From Clostridiales bacterium (GTDB lineage Bacteria > Bacillota > Clostridia > DUPQ01): 64,000 nt of DNA. Below the pieces are notes generated by a model. It was given only the letters and a program-made list of their open reading frames with translations. It was not told the DNA's origin and made no database searches. Shown piece by piece: positions 1 to 8,833 of the stretch. The stretch's first letter is position 1, and the number at the start of each line of letters is the position of its first letter. The DNA lies in contig JAGLDS010000003.1 in the NCBI GenBank assembly GCA_023145435.1, positions 64,276 through 128,275 of the forward strand, in the 5' to 3' direction. A program made the translations under genes and the position numbers.

Positions 1-2005
1 TATTACTAATATGTTCGGCTTTATTAAGAGTTAATATATCTTCTAATCCTTTCCATTTGTGATATTTGTGGATGTTTTGGTAACAAACAGAAGACGAGTT
101 ATATAAAAGATATCCAATATTGTTATCCACATTAACATAGTTAATATTTTTTTCGCATAAGGTAAGATTTTCACCTTGATAGTTTCCAAGAAATATTTCT
201 TTATGACTATTGAAATAAATATTTTTATAGCCCTTAGCTTCTGATAGTCCTATAATATGCTCATTGCCAACACCGATTAATCCTGTTTTGATAGATAAAG
301 GAGGTGTTTTTTCTTTTATTCCATGAAGTGACTCTATATATACACAGCTTCCACTTTCTAAGGCTGTAAAAGAACAATGTTGTAACACAGTATTATCTGC
401 TCTATTAAGTTCAACAGTTGATGAAAATCCTTTCTCATAATAAACAACTTGCCTTTTGTTTGCTATTTTAGCTACATCATTCCAATTCATTAAACCTTCT
501 GATATACCATTATTCTGGCTTTTTAAGCTAATAATACCTGTAAAACTTTGAAAAGTTGGAGTTATGTCAAGTTCTGAATTTTTTGGTAAAGATAATCCCA
601 TAATAGTTCCTCTTGTTGAAAAACTAGAAAAACTATCTTTAGTTCGATAAACACTAATATTTCCATATGGATAATCATAATTTCCTTCTAATTTTTTTAA
701 AGCATCTTCATTTGAAATAGTAGGGGAATCACTTGCCATGTATAAATGCAATATATAACCAAGGACAATACTTCTAACATATCCATATTCCATATCTTGT
801 GCACTTTGTATCCCTGGATTAACCCATAGAGAATCACCATCTTTTTCAATAAGACAACCATTACCGTTAGTGTTTTGTTTTTTCTCAGTTATTGATAAAC
901 TATTAAGTTTCATAAGCTTAGCAATTGGATCTTTAAAAAACAAATCCATGGTGCTATGAATTAAAAACTTATTACCATGTCGATGATAAAACCAATCTTG
1001 TCCTTCGATGGAAATTGAGTTTCCGTTAATGGTTGACCAAGGTTTAATAACTTGATCATATAGTTCTTTATTATTATATAAAACGCTTTCATACACTTTT
1101 TTTCCTAAAATTAAAGGAAAGATTGCAGAAGATATTCTAAGACCAATACCTGAGCCAATATAGTCAGGATGAATATAACCATGGTTTTCAGCAGTATAAT
1201 CAGGATGGAATGTTATACTTGAAAACCCATATTTGTTTTCATCAATTACAATACCATTTCTGACTTTATAGCTTACTTTATCCCATTCATTTTCTAATTT
1301 ATCTTTAGGAGTAACCACTGTATTAAGAGACCACTTAATATAACCTTGCTTCCATTTTTCGTGATTAGGATGATTGGGAAATAAATATAACGCAGCAGAA
1401 ATTCCCACAGAAGTCCAAGCATTTTCTTCACATTGAGTATCGTTATATACTCCCGTTCCAGGAATCATGGATGAATACTTATCAGCGTAGAAACAAAGAA
1501 CTTTAGCTACAAGAACTTTTGTTTGCTCACTTAATTCATTCCATAATAATAATGCTGATAAACCAATCATAGAAACAGATACTCCTGTTTGTGAAGACAT
1601 GAAGAAATTGTCTTTAGTGTAACCCCATTTTTTTTGACTAGTCATTGGGTTTTTACTAATATCTCTTTTTAGATGTGAAGGGCCAGTATGATGTGTGTAA
1701 CAAAGATAGCGAATGGAATTACTAACCATAGTTATTGATTGTTCTTTTGAAACTCCTATAGTTGTTTCATCATATGTGCCAATGGTAGCAAGAACAGCAA
1801 GAACTGTCATTGTGCTTGATGTTTCTATTTCATAATTGTATACTCCACCAAAAAAATGACCACAATCTGGCATGGACTCCCATGAATTATAATGTTTGAC
1901 TGCAAAATTTGCCCACTTAGACAAGAGGCTTGTTAATCTATTTGTTTCGAAGGTGTTTTTATAAGGTGGTTGTTTTATAATTGGTGTATAAAATTTACTA
2001 TCCAT
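1..2005 (-). CDS. Large hypothetical cytoplasmic protein whose 3' end runs off the window (at least 668 aa). Possibly a helical-toroid plus beta-sandwich glycan-active enzyme; family not recognised.
   Basis: Absent from the ORF track because there is no stop inside the window. I checked all 668 minus-frame triplets (forward triplets starting at positions 2 mod 3) and found no tta/cta/tca. ATG is at comp(2003-2005), with a GAGGT SD at comp(2011-2015). It starts MDSKFYTPIIKQPPYKNTFETNRL and has no signal peptide. Confidence 0.8.
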   Translation of the reverse strand, partial: MDSKFYTPIIKQPPYKNTFETNRLTSLLSKWANFAVKHYNSWESMPDCGHFFGGVYNYEIETSSTMTVLAVLATIGTYDETTIGVSKEQSITMVSNSIRYLCYTHHTGPSHLKRDISKNPMTSQKKWGYTKDNFFMSSQTGVSVSMIGLSALLLWNELSEQTKVLVAKVLCFYADKYSSMIPGTGVYNDTQCEENAWTSVGISAALYLFPNHPNHEKWKQGYIKWSLNTVVTPKDKLENEWDKVSYKVRNGIVIDENKYGFSSITFHPDYTAENHGYIHPDYIGSGIGLRISSAIFPLILGKKVYESVLYNNKELYDQVIKPWSTINGNSISIEGQDWFYHRHGNKFLIHSTMDLFFKDPIAKLMKLNSLSITEKKQNTNGNGCLIEKDGDSLWVNPGIQSAQDMEYGYVRSIVLGYILHLYMASDSPTISNEDALKKLEGNYDYPYGNISVYRTKDSFSSFSTRGTIMGLSLPKNSELDITPTFQSFTGIISLKSQNNGISEGLMNWNDVAKIANKRQVVYYEKGFSSTVELNRADNTVLQHCSFTALESGSCVYIESLHGIKEKTPPLSIKTGLIGVGNEHIIGLSEAKGYKNIYFNSHKEIFLGNYQGENLTLCEKNINYVNVDNNIGYLLYNSSSVCYQNIHKYHKWKGLEDILTLNKAEHISN

Positions 2006-2159
2006 TAATTACCTCTTTATATCTTAGTTATAGTATACTGTATTTTCATGTAACTTGTATTTCATTATTAATTACATTGGTTAATTTGAAAGTTTGTGGT
2101 AATATAAGAGAATGAAAGTTATGACCAGGTAATAAAATCAAACATTAGGAGGAATTACA

Positions 2160-2735
2160 ATGTTTAAGAAAGAATACTTAACAATACCAAATTTTCTATC
2201 AATATCAAGGGCACTATTTTTACCTATACTAATTGTATTTGCCGTTAAGGATATGAGATTAGCGTTTTTAGTCGGGTATATTATATTAGGATCAACTGAC
2301 TTTTTTGATGGGAAGATTGCTAGGAGATTTAATCAAAAAACAGATATTGGGAAAACACTTGATTCAGTTGCAGACTTGTTCTTCTACATTGCTTCTGCCT
2401 ATTTTTTGTCAACCTTATATCCAGCATACTTGTCACCAAATAGTACTTTGTTAATTATTTTCTTTTCAATATTGTTATTGTCATTTATTGTATCTGCTAT
2501 TTTATGTAAGAAACCTATTATGATGCATACATCACTTCTTCGATTTAATGCAGTGCTTGTTTACTTAGTAGTTATATTATCGTATTTTATGAACACCACT
2601 TATTTTATCGCAGGAATTTTAATACTGTACTTAATTGCTTTCACAGAAGAGATTATTATATTTATTAAGTATGGAGAAGTTGATCCTGATTCAAAATCAA
2701 TTTTTCATATACAGGAAAAAGTTAAAAAGAAATAG
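2160..2735 (+). CDS. CDP-alcohol phosphatidyltransferase family membrane protein
   Basis: Exact D-G-x2-A-R-x8-G-x3-D-x3-D signature in DGKIARRFNQKTDIGKTLDSVAD. Polytopic and hydrophobic. AGGAGG lies 7 nt upstream of the ATG. Confidence 0.85.
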   Translation: MFKKEYLTIPNFLSISRALFLPILIVFAVKDMRLAFLVGYIILGSTDFFDGKIARRFNQKTDIGKTLDSVADLFFYIASAYFLSTLYPAYLSPNSTLLIIFFSILLLSFIVSAILCKKPIMMHTSLLRFNAVLVYLVVILSYFMNTTYFIAGILILYLIAFTEEIIIFIKYGEVDPDSKSIFHIQEKVKKK

Positions 2736-2793
2736 AATAATTATATTTTTTTTGGTATATATTCTTCATAGGAAAATATTAATCGAATTTTAT

Positions 2794-2830
2794 AAGAAGA
2801 AGGGAAATCCCCTTCTTCTTATATTTCTTA
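2794..2830 (+). terminator. Rho-independent terminator after the phosphatidyltransferase gene
   Basis: aagaagaaggg / loop aaat / cccttcttctt forms an 11-bp stem, followed by a T-rich tail (atatttctt). Confidence 0.6.
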
Positions 2831-2905
2831 TAACATAATTGTGATACTCATTTTTCATATTGTATGATAAAATAAATAATAGTTAATTTATAAATAGGGG
2901 GTAGT

Positions 2906-4411
2906 ATGAGGGTTTCTTTTGACCATGAAAAGTATTTAAATGAACAGACAAAATATATTTTAGAAAGAGCAGAAAAGTTTAATAACAAATTATACTTAGA
3001 ATTTGGAGGTAAACTTTTTTATGATTATCATGCATCAAGAGTATTACCGGGATTTGATGTTAATGCTAAAGTGAAATTATTAAGAAAAATGAAAGACCAA
3101 GCGGAAATTATTATTTGTGTTTATGCAGGCGACATTGAAAAAAATAAGATTAGAGCTGATTTTGGAATAACATATGATTTAGATGTAATGCGTTTGATTG
3201 ATGATTTAAGAAATTGGGATCTTAATATTAATAGTGTAGTAATTACACGATATAAAGAACAAGCCGCTGCTAAAATATTTAAACAAAAGTTAGAAAGAAG
3301 AGGAATAAAAACATATATTCATCGTTTTACAAAAGGTTATCCAACTGATGTTGATTTGATTGTTAGTGAAGAAGGATATGGACAAAATGAATATATTAAA
3401 ACAACAAGACCTGTTGTGGTAGTTGCTGCTCCTGGACCAGGTAGCGGAAAATTAGCTACATGTCTTTCACAACTGTATCATGAATTTAAACGAGAGGTAA
3501 AAGCTGGATATTCTAAATTTGAAACCTTTCCTATATGGAACCTACCTTTAAAACATCCGGTTAATATTGCGTATGAGGCTGCAACTGTTGATTTAAATGA
3601 TAAAAATATGATTGATTCATTTCATCTTGAGCAACGGGGAGAAATCTCTGTAAATTATAATAGAGACATTGAAGTGTTTCCTGTACTTGAAAGAATTATT
3701 GAAAAGATTACTGGAGAAAGTTCAATGTACAAATCTCCAACAGATATGGGAGTTAACAGAGCAGGCTTTGCAATTATTGATGATGAAGGTACTAAAGAAG
3801 CGGCGAAGCAAGAAGTCATAAGGCGTCTATTTAAAACAGATTGTGCCTATAAATCAGGTGAATTAGAAGAAGTAACTACAGAGAGAATCAGATTAATTAT
3901 GGATAGATTAGATCTTAAACCTGAAGATAGACAAGTAGTCATTCCTGCGCGATTAGCGGCGAAGCAAGCATGTATAAAATTTGACAGTGAAAACCAAACA
4001 GGTGCTGCTATTATGTTACATGATGGTAGAATTATCACAGGTAAAGGATCTTTATTAATGAATTCTTCTGCTTGCTTAATTATAAATGCTATTAAAGAAA
4101 TTGAAGGAATTGATGATAAAATTCATTTAATTGAACCAACAATTTTAAAACCAATTATGACATTAAAGAAAAATTCTCTTGGTAGTAGAAATCCAATTTT
4201 AAATATGGAAGAAGTACTTATTGCTTTAAGTATTAGTGCTAGTACAAAAAGCGAAGCGAAACAAGCCTTTGACAACTTACATAAATTAAAAGGGTGTGAA
4301 GCTCATACGACACATATTCAAAGCAAAGCAGATGAAGAAATATATAGAACACTAGGAATTAATATTACATCTGATCCTGTTTTTAAAAGTAAAGAATTAT
4401 ACTATGTGTAA
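2906..4411 (+). CDS. UPF0371 / DUF1846 family protein (function unknown)
   Basis: 501 aa. The N-terminus, [46 protein letters not shown], matches my memory of streptococcal UPF0371 proteins. It contains a P-loop-like [11 protein letters not shown]. Confidence 0.7.
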   Translation: MRVSFDHEKYLNEQTKYILERAEKFNNKLYLEFGGKLFYDYHASRVLPGFDVNAKVKLLRKMKDQAEIIICVYAGDIEKNKIRADFGITYDLDVMRLIDDLRNWDLNINSVVITRYKEQAAAKIFKQKLERRGIKTYIHRFTKGYPTDVDLIVSEEGYGQNEYIKTTRPVVVVAAPGPGSGKLATCLSQLYHEFKREVKAGYSKFETFPIWNLPLKHPVNIAYEAATVDLNDKNMIDSFHLEQRGEISVNYNRDIEVFPVLERIIEKITGESSMYKSPTDMGVNRAGFAIIDDEGTKEAAKQEVIRRLFKTDCAYKSGELEEVTTERIRLIMDRLDLKPEDRQVVIPARLAAKQACIKFDSENQTGAAIMLHDGRIITGKGSLLMNSSACLIINAIKEIEGIDDKIHLIEPTILKPIMTLKKNSLGSRNPILNMEEVLIALSISASTKSEAKQAFDNLHKLKGCEAHTTHIQSKADEEIYRTLGINITSDPVFKSKELYYV

Positions 4412-4452
4412 AAATAAATTAATGTAAAGATAAATCAATTTATGGAGTAGTA

Positions 4453-5742
4453 ATGGATAAACAAAAAATTATTGACATTATGAATAAAGAGATGGTTGTT
4501 GCATTAGGCTGTACAGACCCAATGGCTATTTCTTATGCAGCTGCAGCAGCTAGAAAGATAGCTCATACTGGAGATATTAAAAGTATCAATATCCAACTTA
4601 GTAAAAGTATTATTAAAAGTGCTTCATCAGTAATAATTCCAGGAACTAATGAAAGTGGCGTTAAAATGGCAGCTGTTTTAGGTGCTTTATTTGGTAACTC
4701 AGATAAAAAGTTAATGGTTCTTGAAGGTGTTAATAAGAAAAGTGTAAAAGTGGCTAAAGAATTTCTTGCTAACAAGGAGTGTACTGTTTCTGAGGTGAAA
4801 AATGATATTCTATTATATCTTGAAGTTTTTATTGAAACCACAAAAGATACAGCTAGAACTATTCTAATTGATGATTATAGTAATTGGGTTTATGCTGAAA
4901 AAAATGGAGTAGTTTTATTTGATCAACGAGTGAAAAGAACGAGTATAGATATTGAAAACATTACACCAGTATTAACACTTGAAGAAATATGGGAGTTTAT
5001 TAATAAAGCAGATATTAATAAAGATTTTTCTATAGTTAAAGAAAGTATATTACTAAATAGCAATATTTCAAAAGAAGGTATTTTACATGAGTATGGATTA
5101 CAAGTTGGAAAAACATTAAAAGATCGAATGGACGATAATAAATTATATAAAGATATAACAAATTGTGCTATTTCTAGAGCAGCAGCAGGTGCTGATGCTA
5201 GAATGGCTGGGTCACCTATGCCAGTAATTAGTAATTCAGGCAGTGGAAATCAAGGGATAACAGCAACAATGCCTGTTGTAGCTGTAGCTGAGCTATTAGA
5301 TATAGATGAAGAAAAAACAATAAGAGGAGTTGCTTTAAGTAACTTAGTGACTATTTATGCTAAAGAATATTTTGGAAGAGTTTCAGCCTTATGTGGAGCT
5401 AATATTGCTGCAATGGGGGCTAGCTGTGGAGTGACTTTTTTACTTGGGGGAAAATTAAAAGAAATAGAAAATGCTATACAAAATATGGCAGGAGATGTGA
5501 TTGGTATGTTTTGTGATGGAGCAAAAGCTGGATGTGCCTTAAAGGTTTCTACTTCGGTATCAGCTGCTATGCAATCAGCTTTCTTAGCTGTTAAGGGAAT
5601 TAATATTAAAGAAACAGACGGTATTATTGAGCACAATGTAGAAGACACCTTAAAAAACATTGGTAAGATGTCCTCAAGTTGCTCATATATGATTAATAAT
5701 ATGATTGTAGATATTATGATGCATAAGAAAAAAGGAGAATAA
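4453..5742 (+). CDS. UPF0597 / YhaM(CyuA)-type L-cysteine desulfidase (serine dehydratase alpha-like)
   Basis: 429 aa. The N-terminal ALGCTDPMAISYAAAAA motif is typical of the YhaM/CdsAB family, along with the SNSGSGNQG glycine-rich segment. Confidence 0.7.
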   Translation: MDKQKIIDIMNKEMVVALGCTDPMAISYAAAAARKIAHTGDIKSINIQLSKSIIKSASSVIIPGTNESGVKMAAVLGALFGNSDKKLMVLEGVNKKSVKVAKEFLANKECTVSEVKNDILLYLEVFIETTKDTARTILIDDYSNWVYAEKNGVVLFDQRVKRTSIDIENITPVLTLEEIWEFINKADINKDFSIVKESILLNSNISKEGILHEYGLQVGKTLKDRMDDNKLYKDITNCAISRAAAGADARMAGSPMPVISNSGSGNQGITATMPVVAVAELLDIDEEKTIRGVALSNLVTIYAKEYFGRVSALCGANIAAMGASCGVTFLLGGKLKEIENAIQNMAGDVIGMFCDGAKAGCALKVSTSVSAAMQSAFLAVKGINIKETDGIIEHNVEDTLKNIGKMSSSCSYMINNMIVDIMMHKKKGE

Positions 5743-5747
5743 CAATT

Positions 5748-6122
5748 ATGAAAAAAATTATTAGTACATCAAAAGCACCAGGAGCTATTGGACCATACTC
5801 ACAAGGAGTTGAAACTAGTCAAATGTTGTTTATATCAGGGCAATTACCAATTAATGTTGAAACAAATCAAATGGAACAAGGAATCGTAATGCAAACAAAT
5901 AGATCATTAGCTAATGCAAAAGCAATTGTAGAAAAAGCTGGATATAAAATGAATGATGTAGTGAAAGCAACTGTTTTTTTAAGTGATATGAATAATTTTA
6001 GTGAAATGAATGAAGTGTATAAAACATATTTTGAGAAAGACTTTCCTGCTAGAAGTGCTGTAGAGGTAGCAAGATTGCCAAAAGATGCTTTGGTTGAAAT
6101 AGAATTAATTGTAATGAAATGA
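5748..6122 (+). CDS. ridA: RidA/YjgF-family reactive enamine/imine deaminase
   Basis: 124 aa. Motifs APGAIGPYSQG, PARSAVEVARLPKDALVEIE. Only 5 nt after the desulfidase stop. Confidence 0.85.
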   Translation: MKKIISTSKAPGAIGPYSQGVETSQMLFISGQLPINVETNQMEQGIVMQTNRSLANAKAIVEKAGYKMNDVVKATVFLSDMNNFSEMNEVYKTYFEKDFPARSAVEVARLPKDALVEIELIVMK

Positions 6123-6162
6123 TTATAAATAATTGTACTAACTGACATTTTAAAGGGAGATA

Positions 6163-7086
6163 ATGAAAAATAAACTTTGTGTATTTGGAAGTTTCTTTGA
6201 AGATTTATGTGGGAGAGGTCCCTATTTACCAAAACCAGGGGAAACATTGATTGGATCAGATTTTACTTATGGACCAGGAGGAAAAGGTTCTAATCAAGCT
6301 GTGGCTGCAAAGCGTGCTATGGCTGATGTGACCATGATAACTAAAATAGGAAATGATCCGTATGGTGAATTGGTTTTAAAGTTTTATGAACAAGAAGGTA
6401 TTAATAAAGAATATATTTTTATTGATAAAGATAATCCTACAGGGATTGCACTAATTTTAGTAGATGAAAATACAGCAGAAAATGTTATTTTAGTAGTACC
6501 TGGGGCTTGTCATAATATCACTACAGAAAATGTAGAAAGCGTGAAAGAGGTTATTTCACAATCGTCTTTTTTAATCACACAACTTGAAATAAATATTGAT
6601 GCTACTTATCAAGCAATTGATGTAGCTTATAAAAACAATGTTTCTGTTATTTTAAACCCAGCTCCAGCACAGAAACTTTTAGAAGAAGTTTATAAAAAAA
6701 TAGATTATATTACCCCAAATGAAACAGAAGCAGAGATTTTAACAGGTATAAAAACTGACTCAATGGAAAACATAAAAAAAGCTGCAGATTGGTTGTTTAA
6801 TAGAGGGGTTAAAAATGTAATTATTACTTTAGGTAAAACAGGTGTCTTTATAAAGACTGCTAATATAGAGCAATTAGTACCTTCATTTACAGTTAAAGCA
6901 ATTGATACAACTGGAGCTGGTGATTCTTTTAATGGATGCTTAGCAGTTGCGTTATTAGAAGGAAAAGACATATTAGAAGCAACTCTATTTGCACAAGCAG
7001 GTGCTGCTCTTTCAGTTACAAGAACAGGTGCAGCTCAATCAATGGCTTACCGAGAAGAAATTGAAAAATTCTTAAAACAGTTATAA
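6163..7086 (+). CDS. rbsK: Ribokinase (PfkB family)
   Basis: LPKPGETLIGSDFTYGPGGKGSNQAVAAKR and the DTTGAGDSFNG anion-hole motif. Confidence 0.8.
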   Translation: MKNKLCVFGSFFEDLCGRGPYLPKPGETLIGSDFTYGPGGKGSNQAVAAKRAMADVTMITKIGNDPYGELVLKFYEQEGINKEYIFIDKDNPTGIALILVDENTAENVILVVPGACHNITTENVESVKEVISQSSFLITQLEINIDATYQAIDVAYKNNVSVILNPAPAQKLLEEVYKKIDYITPNETEAEILTGIKTDSMENIKKAADWLFNRGVKNVIITLGKTGVFIKTANIEQLVPSFTVKAIDTTGAGDSFNGCLAVALLEGKDILEATLFAQAGAALSVTRTGAAQSMAYREEIEKFLKQL

Positions 7087-7090
7087 TTAT

Positions 7091-8815
7091 TTATTTTTTT
7101 CTATCCACATATTTCGTATGTAATAAGTGATGTGATTTTTCACCTAATGGTTCTATTAGGAATTCTTTATAAAGTTTATTTACTGCAGGATTTTCATGGG
7201 ATTTACGAATAGGTAATTCTTTATCAGCTTCATAGATTGCATTTATACGTTTTATACGTAATTCATCAGTACCTCCAAAGGGTTGGCCTCCTCCGCCGAT
7301 ACAACCCCCAGGGCAACACATAATTTCAATAAATGAGTAATCAGCTTTACCTTCTTTAATAAGTTCCATAATTTTTTTAGCTTTTGATAGTGAATGGACA
7401 ATTGCAACCTTTACTATAGTTCCGTCTAAATCGATTTTGGCTTCTTTTATTCCCTCAAGCCCACGTACAGCTTTAAAATCAAGATTTTCTAAAGTTTTAC
7501 CTGTAACAACTTCATAAACAGTACGTAAAGCAGCTTCCATAACTCCTCCAGTAGCACCAAAAATTACTCCTGCGCCTGATGATAATCCAAAAGGTGCATC
7601 ATATTTTTCTTCCTCAATCATATTAAAATCCACACCTGCTTGTCGTAACATTTTTGCTAATTCTCTAGTAGTTAATACTACGTCAACATCAAAATTTTTA
7701 CCATCTATACTCATTTCCTCTCGTTTAGCTTCAAACTTTTTAGCAGTACATGGCATAATTGAAACACTAAAAATATCTTCAGGAGATTTTCCAATTTTTT
7801 CAGCATAATATCCTTTAACAAGAGCTCCAAACATTTGTTGAGGTGATTTACATGAAGACAAATGTGGTAAAAGGTTTGGATAATATTGTTCAATAAAGTT
7901 TATCCATCCGGGACTACAGGATGTAAGCATAGGTAATGTTCCACCCTCATTTAACCTTTTTAATAATTCATGACCTTCTTCAATGATAGTAAGGTCAGCT
8001 GTAAAATCAGTATCAAATATTTTATCAAAACCAAGAGCTCTTAAAGAAGCAACTAATTTACCTGTAACAATTTTTCCAGGTTCCATTCCAAATTCTTCTC
8101 CAAGTGAAACTCTTACAGCAGGAGCGGTTTGAACAATAACAGTTTTATTTGGATTGTTAATGGCTTCCCATACTTGTTCAATATCCTCTTTTTCAGTTAT
8201 TGCAGCTACTGGACAAACTACTGAACATTGTCCACATGCTACACAGGCAGTATTATTAAGATACATTCCAAAAGCGGGTTTTATATCAACTAATCCACCT
8301 CTACCAACATAATCTAGTATTGCTAACCCTTGTACTTCAGTACACATTTGTATACACCTACCACAGCGTATACATTTGTTTGGATCACGCTCAATGGCAG
8401 GACTTGAAGTATCAATTTCTTGTTTTTCAAGTACGTTTTCAAAACGACTTTCTCGAACTCCAATATTTGCAGCAATTTCTTGAAGTCCACATTGATTATT
8501 TTTCTTACAAGAAGTACAGTCCATATCATGATTAGCAAGTAATAATTCTATGACAACTTTACGAGCTTGTCTTACTTTTTGAGTGTTTGTTCGAATAACC
8601 ATCCCTTCTTTAACTTCAGTTGCACAAGAGGCTTGTAAGGTTTTTGCCCCATGTACCTCTACAACACATACTCTACAGTTAGCTTTCACTTCTTGATCAG
8701 GATGGTAACACAAATTTGGAATATTAATTCCAACTTCTTTAGCTGCGTTTAAAATAGAGGTGCCTTTTGCAACTTTTATTTCTTTATTATTAATCTTAAT
8801 ATTTAACATATTCAT
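7091..8815 (-). CDS. hydA: [FeFe] hydrogenase catalytic subunit (CpI/HydA-like; N-terminal 2Fe-2S and multiple 4Fe-4S domains)
   Basis: H-cluster motifs L2 MPCTAKKFE and L3 EIMCCPGGCIGGGGQP are present. L1 reads TSCSPGW, not TSCCPxW (see findings). The N-terminal ferredoxin-like Cys clusters are present. Confidence 0.9.
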   Translation of the reverse strand: MNMLNIKINNKEIKVAKGTSILNAAKEVGINIPNLCYHPDQEVKANCRVCVVEVHGAKTLQASCATEVKEGMVIRTNTQKVRQARKVVIELLLANHDMDCTSCKKNNQCGLQEIAANIGVRESRFENVLEKQEIDTSSPAIERDPNKCIRCGRCIQMCTEVQGLAILDYVGRGGLVDIKPAFGMYLNNTACVACGQCSVVCPVAAITEKEDIEQVWEAINNPNKTVIVQTAPAVRVSLGEEFGMEPGKIVTGKLVASLRALGFDKIFDTDFTADLTIIEEGHELLKRLNEGGTLPMLTSCSPGWINFIEQYYPNLLPHLSSCKSPQQMFGALVKGYYAEKIGKSPEDIFSVSIMPCTAKKFEAKREEMSIDGKNFDVDVVLTTRELAKMLRQAGVDFNMIEEEKYDAPFGLSSGAGVIFGATGGVMEAALRTVYEVVTGKTLENLDFKAVRGLEGIKEAKIDLDGTIVKVAIVHSLSKAKKIMELIKEGKADYSFIEIMCCPGGCIGGGGQPFGGTDELRIKRINAIYEADKELPIRKSHENPAVNKLYKEFLIEPLGEKSHHLLHTKYVDRKK

Positions 8816-8833
8816 AATATCCTCCTACACCAC

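Noticed and set aside
2635-2838. A 67-aa plus-strand ORF that overlaps the 3' end of the phosphatidyltransferase gene and runs through its terminator.
   Set aside because: It is out of frame inside a real CDS and spans the terminator hairpin. It has no SD and is low-complexity.
3847-6971. Antisense ORFs 3847..4038, 4563..4841, 5355..5660, 5867..6247 and 6705..6971 (all on the minus strand).
   Set aside because: Each is embedded antisense in a plus-strand gene with clear family motifs. They have no SD and biased Ser/Ile/Phe/Leu composition typical of shadow ORFs.
8320-8538. A mirror pair of 71-aa ORFs on both strands (8320..8535 + and 8323..8538 -) inside hydA.
   Set aside because: Both lie wholly inside the well-supported hydrogenase CDS in other frames. 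They have low-complexity, AT-codon-driven composition and no SD, so I treat them as chance open frames.
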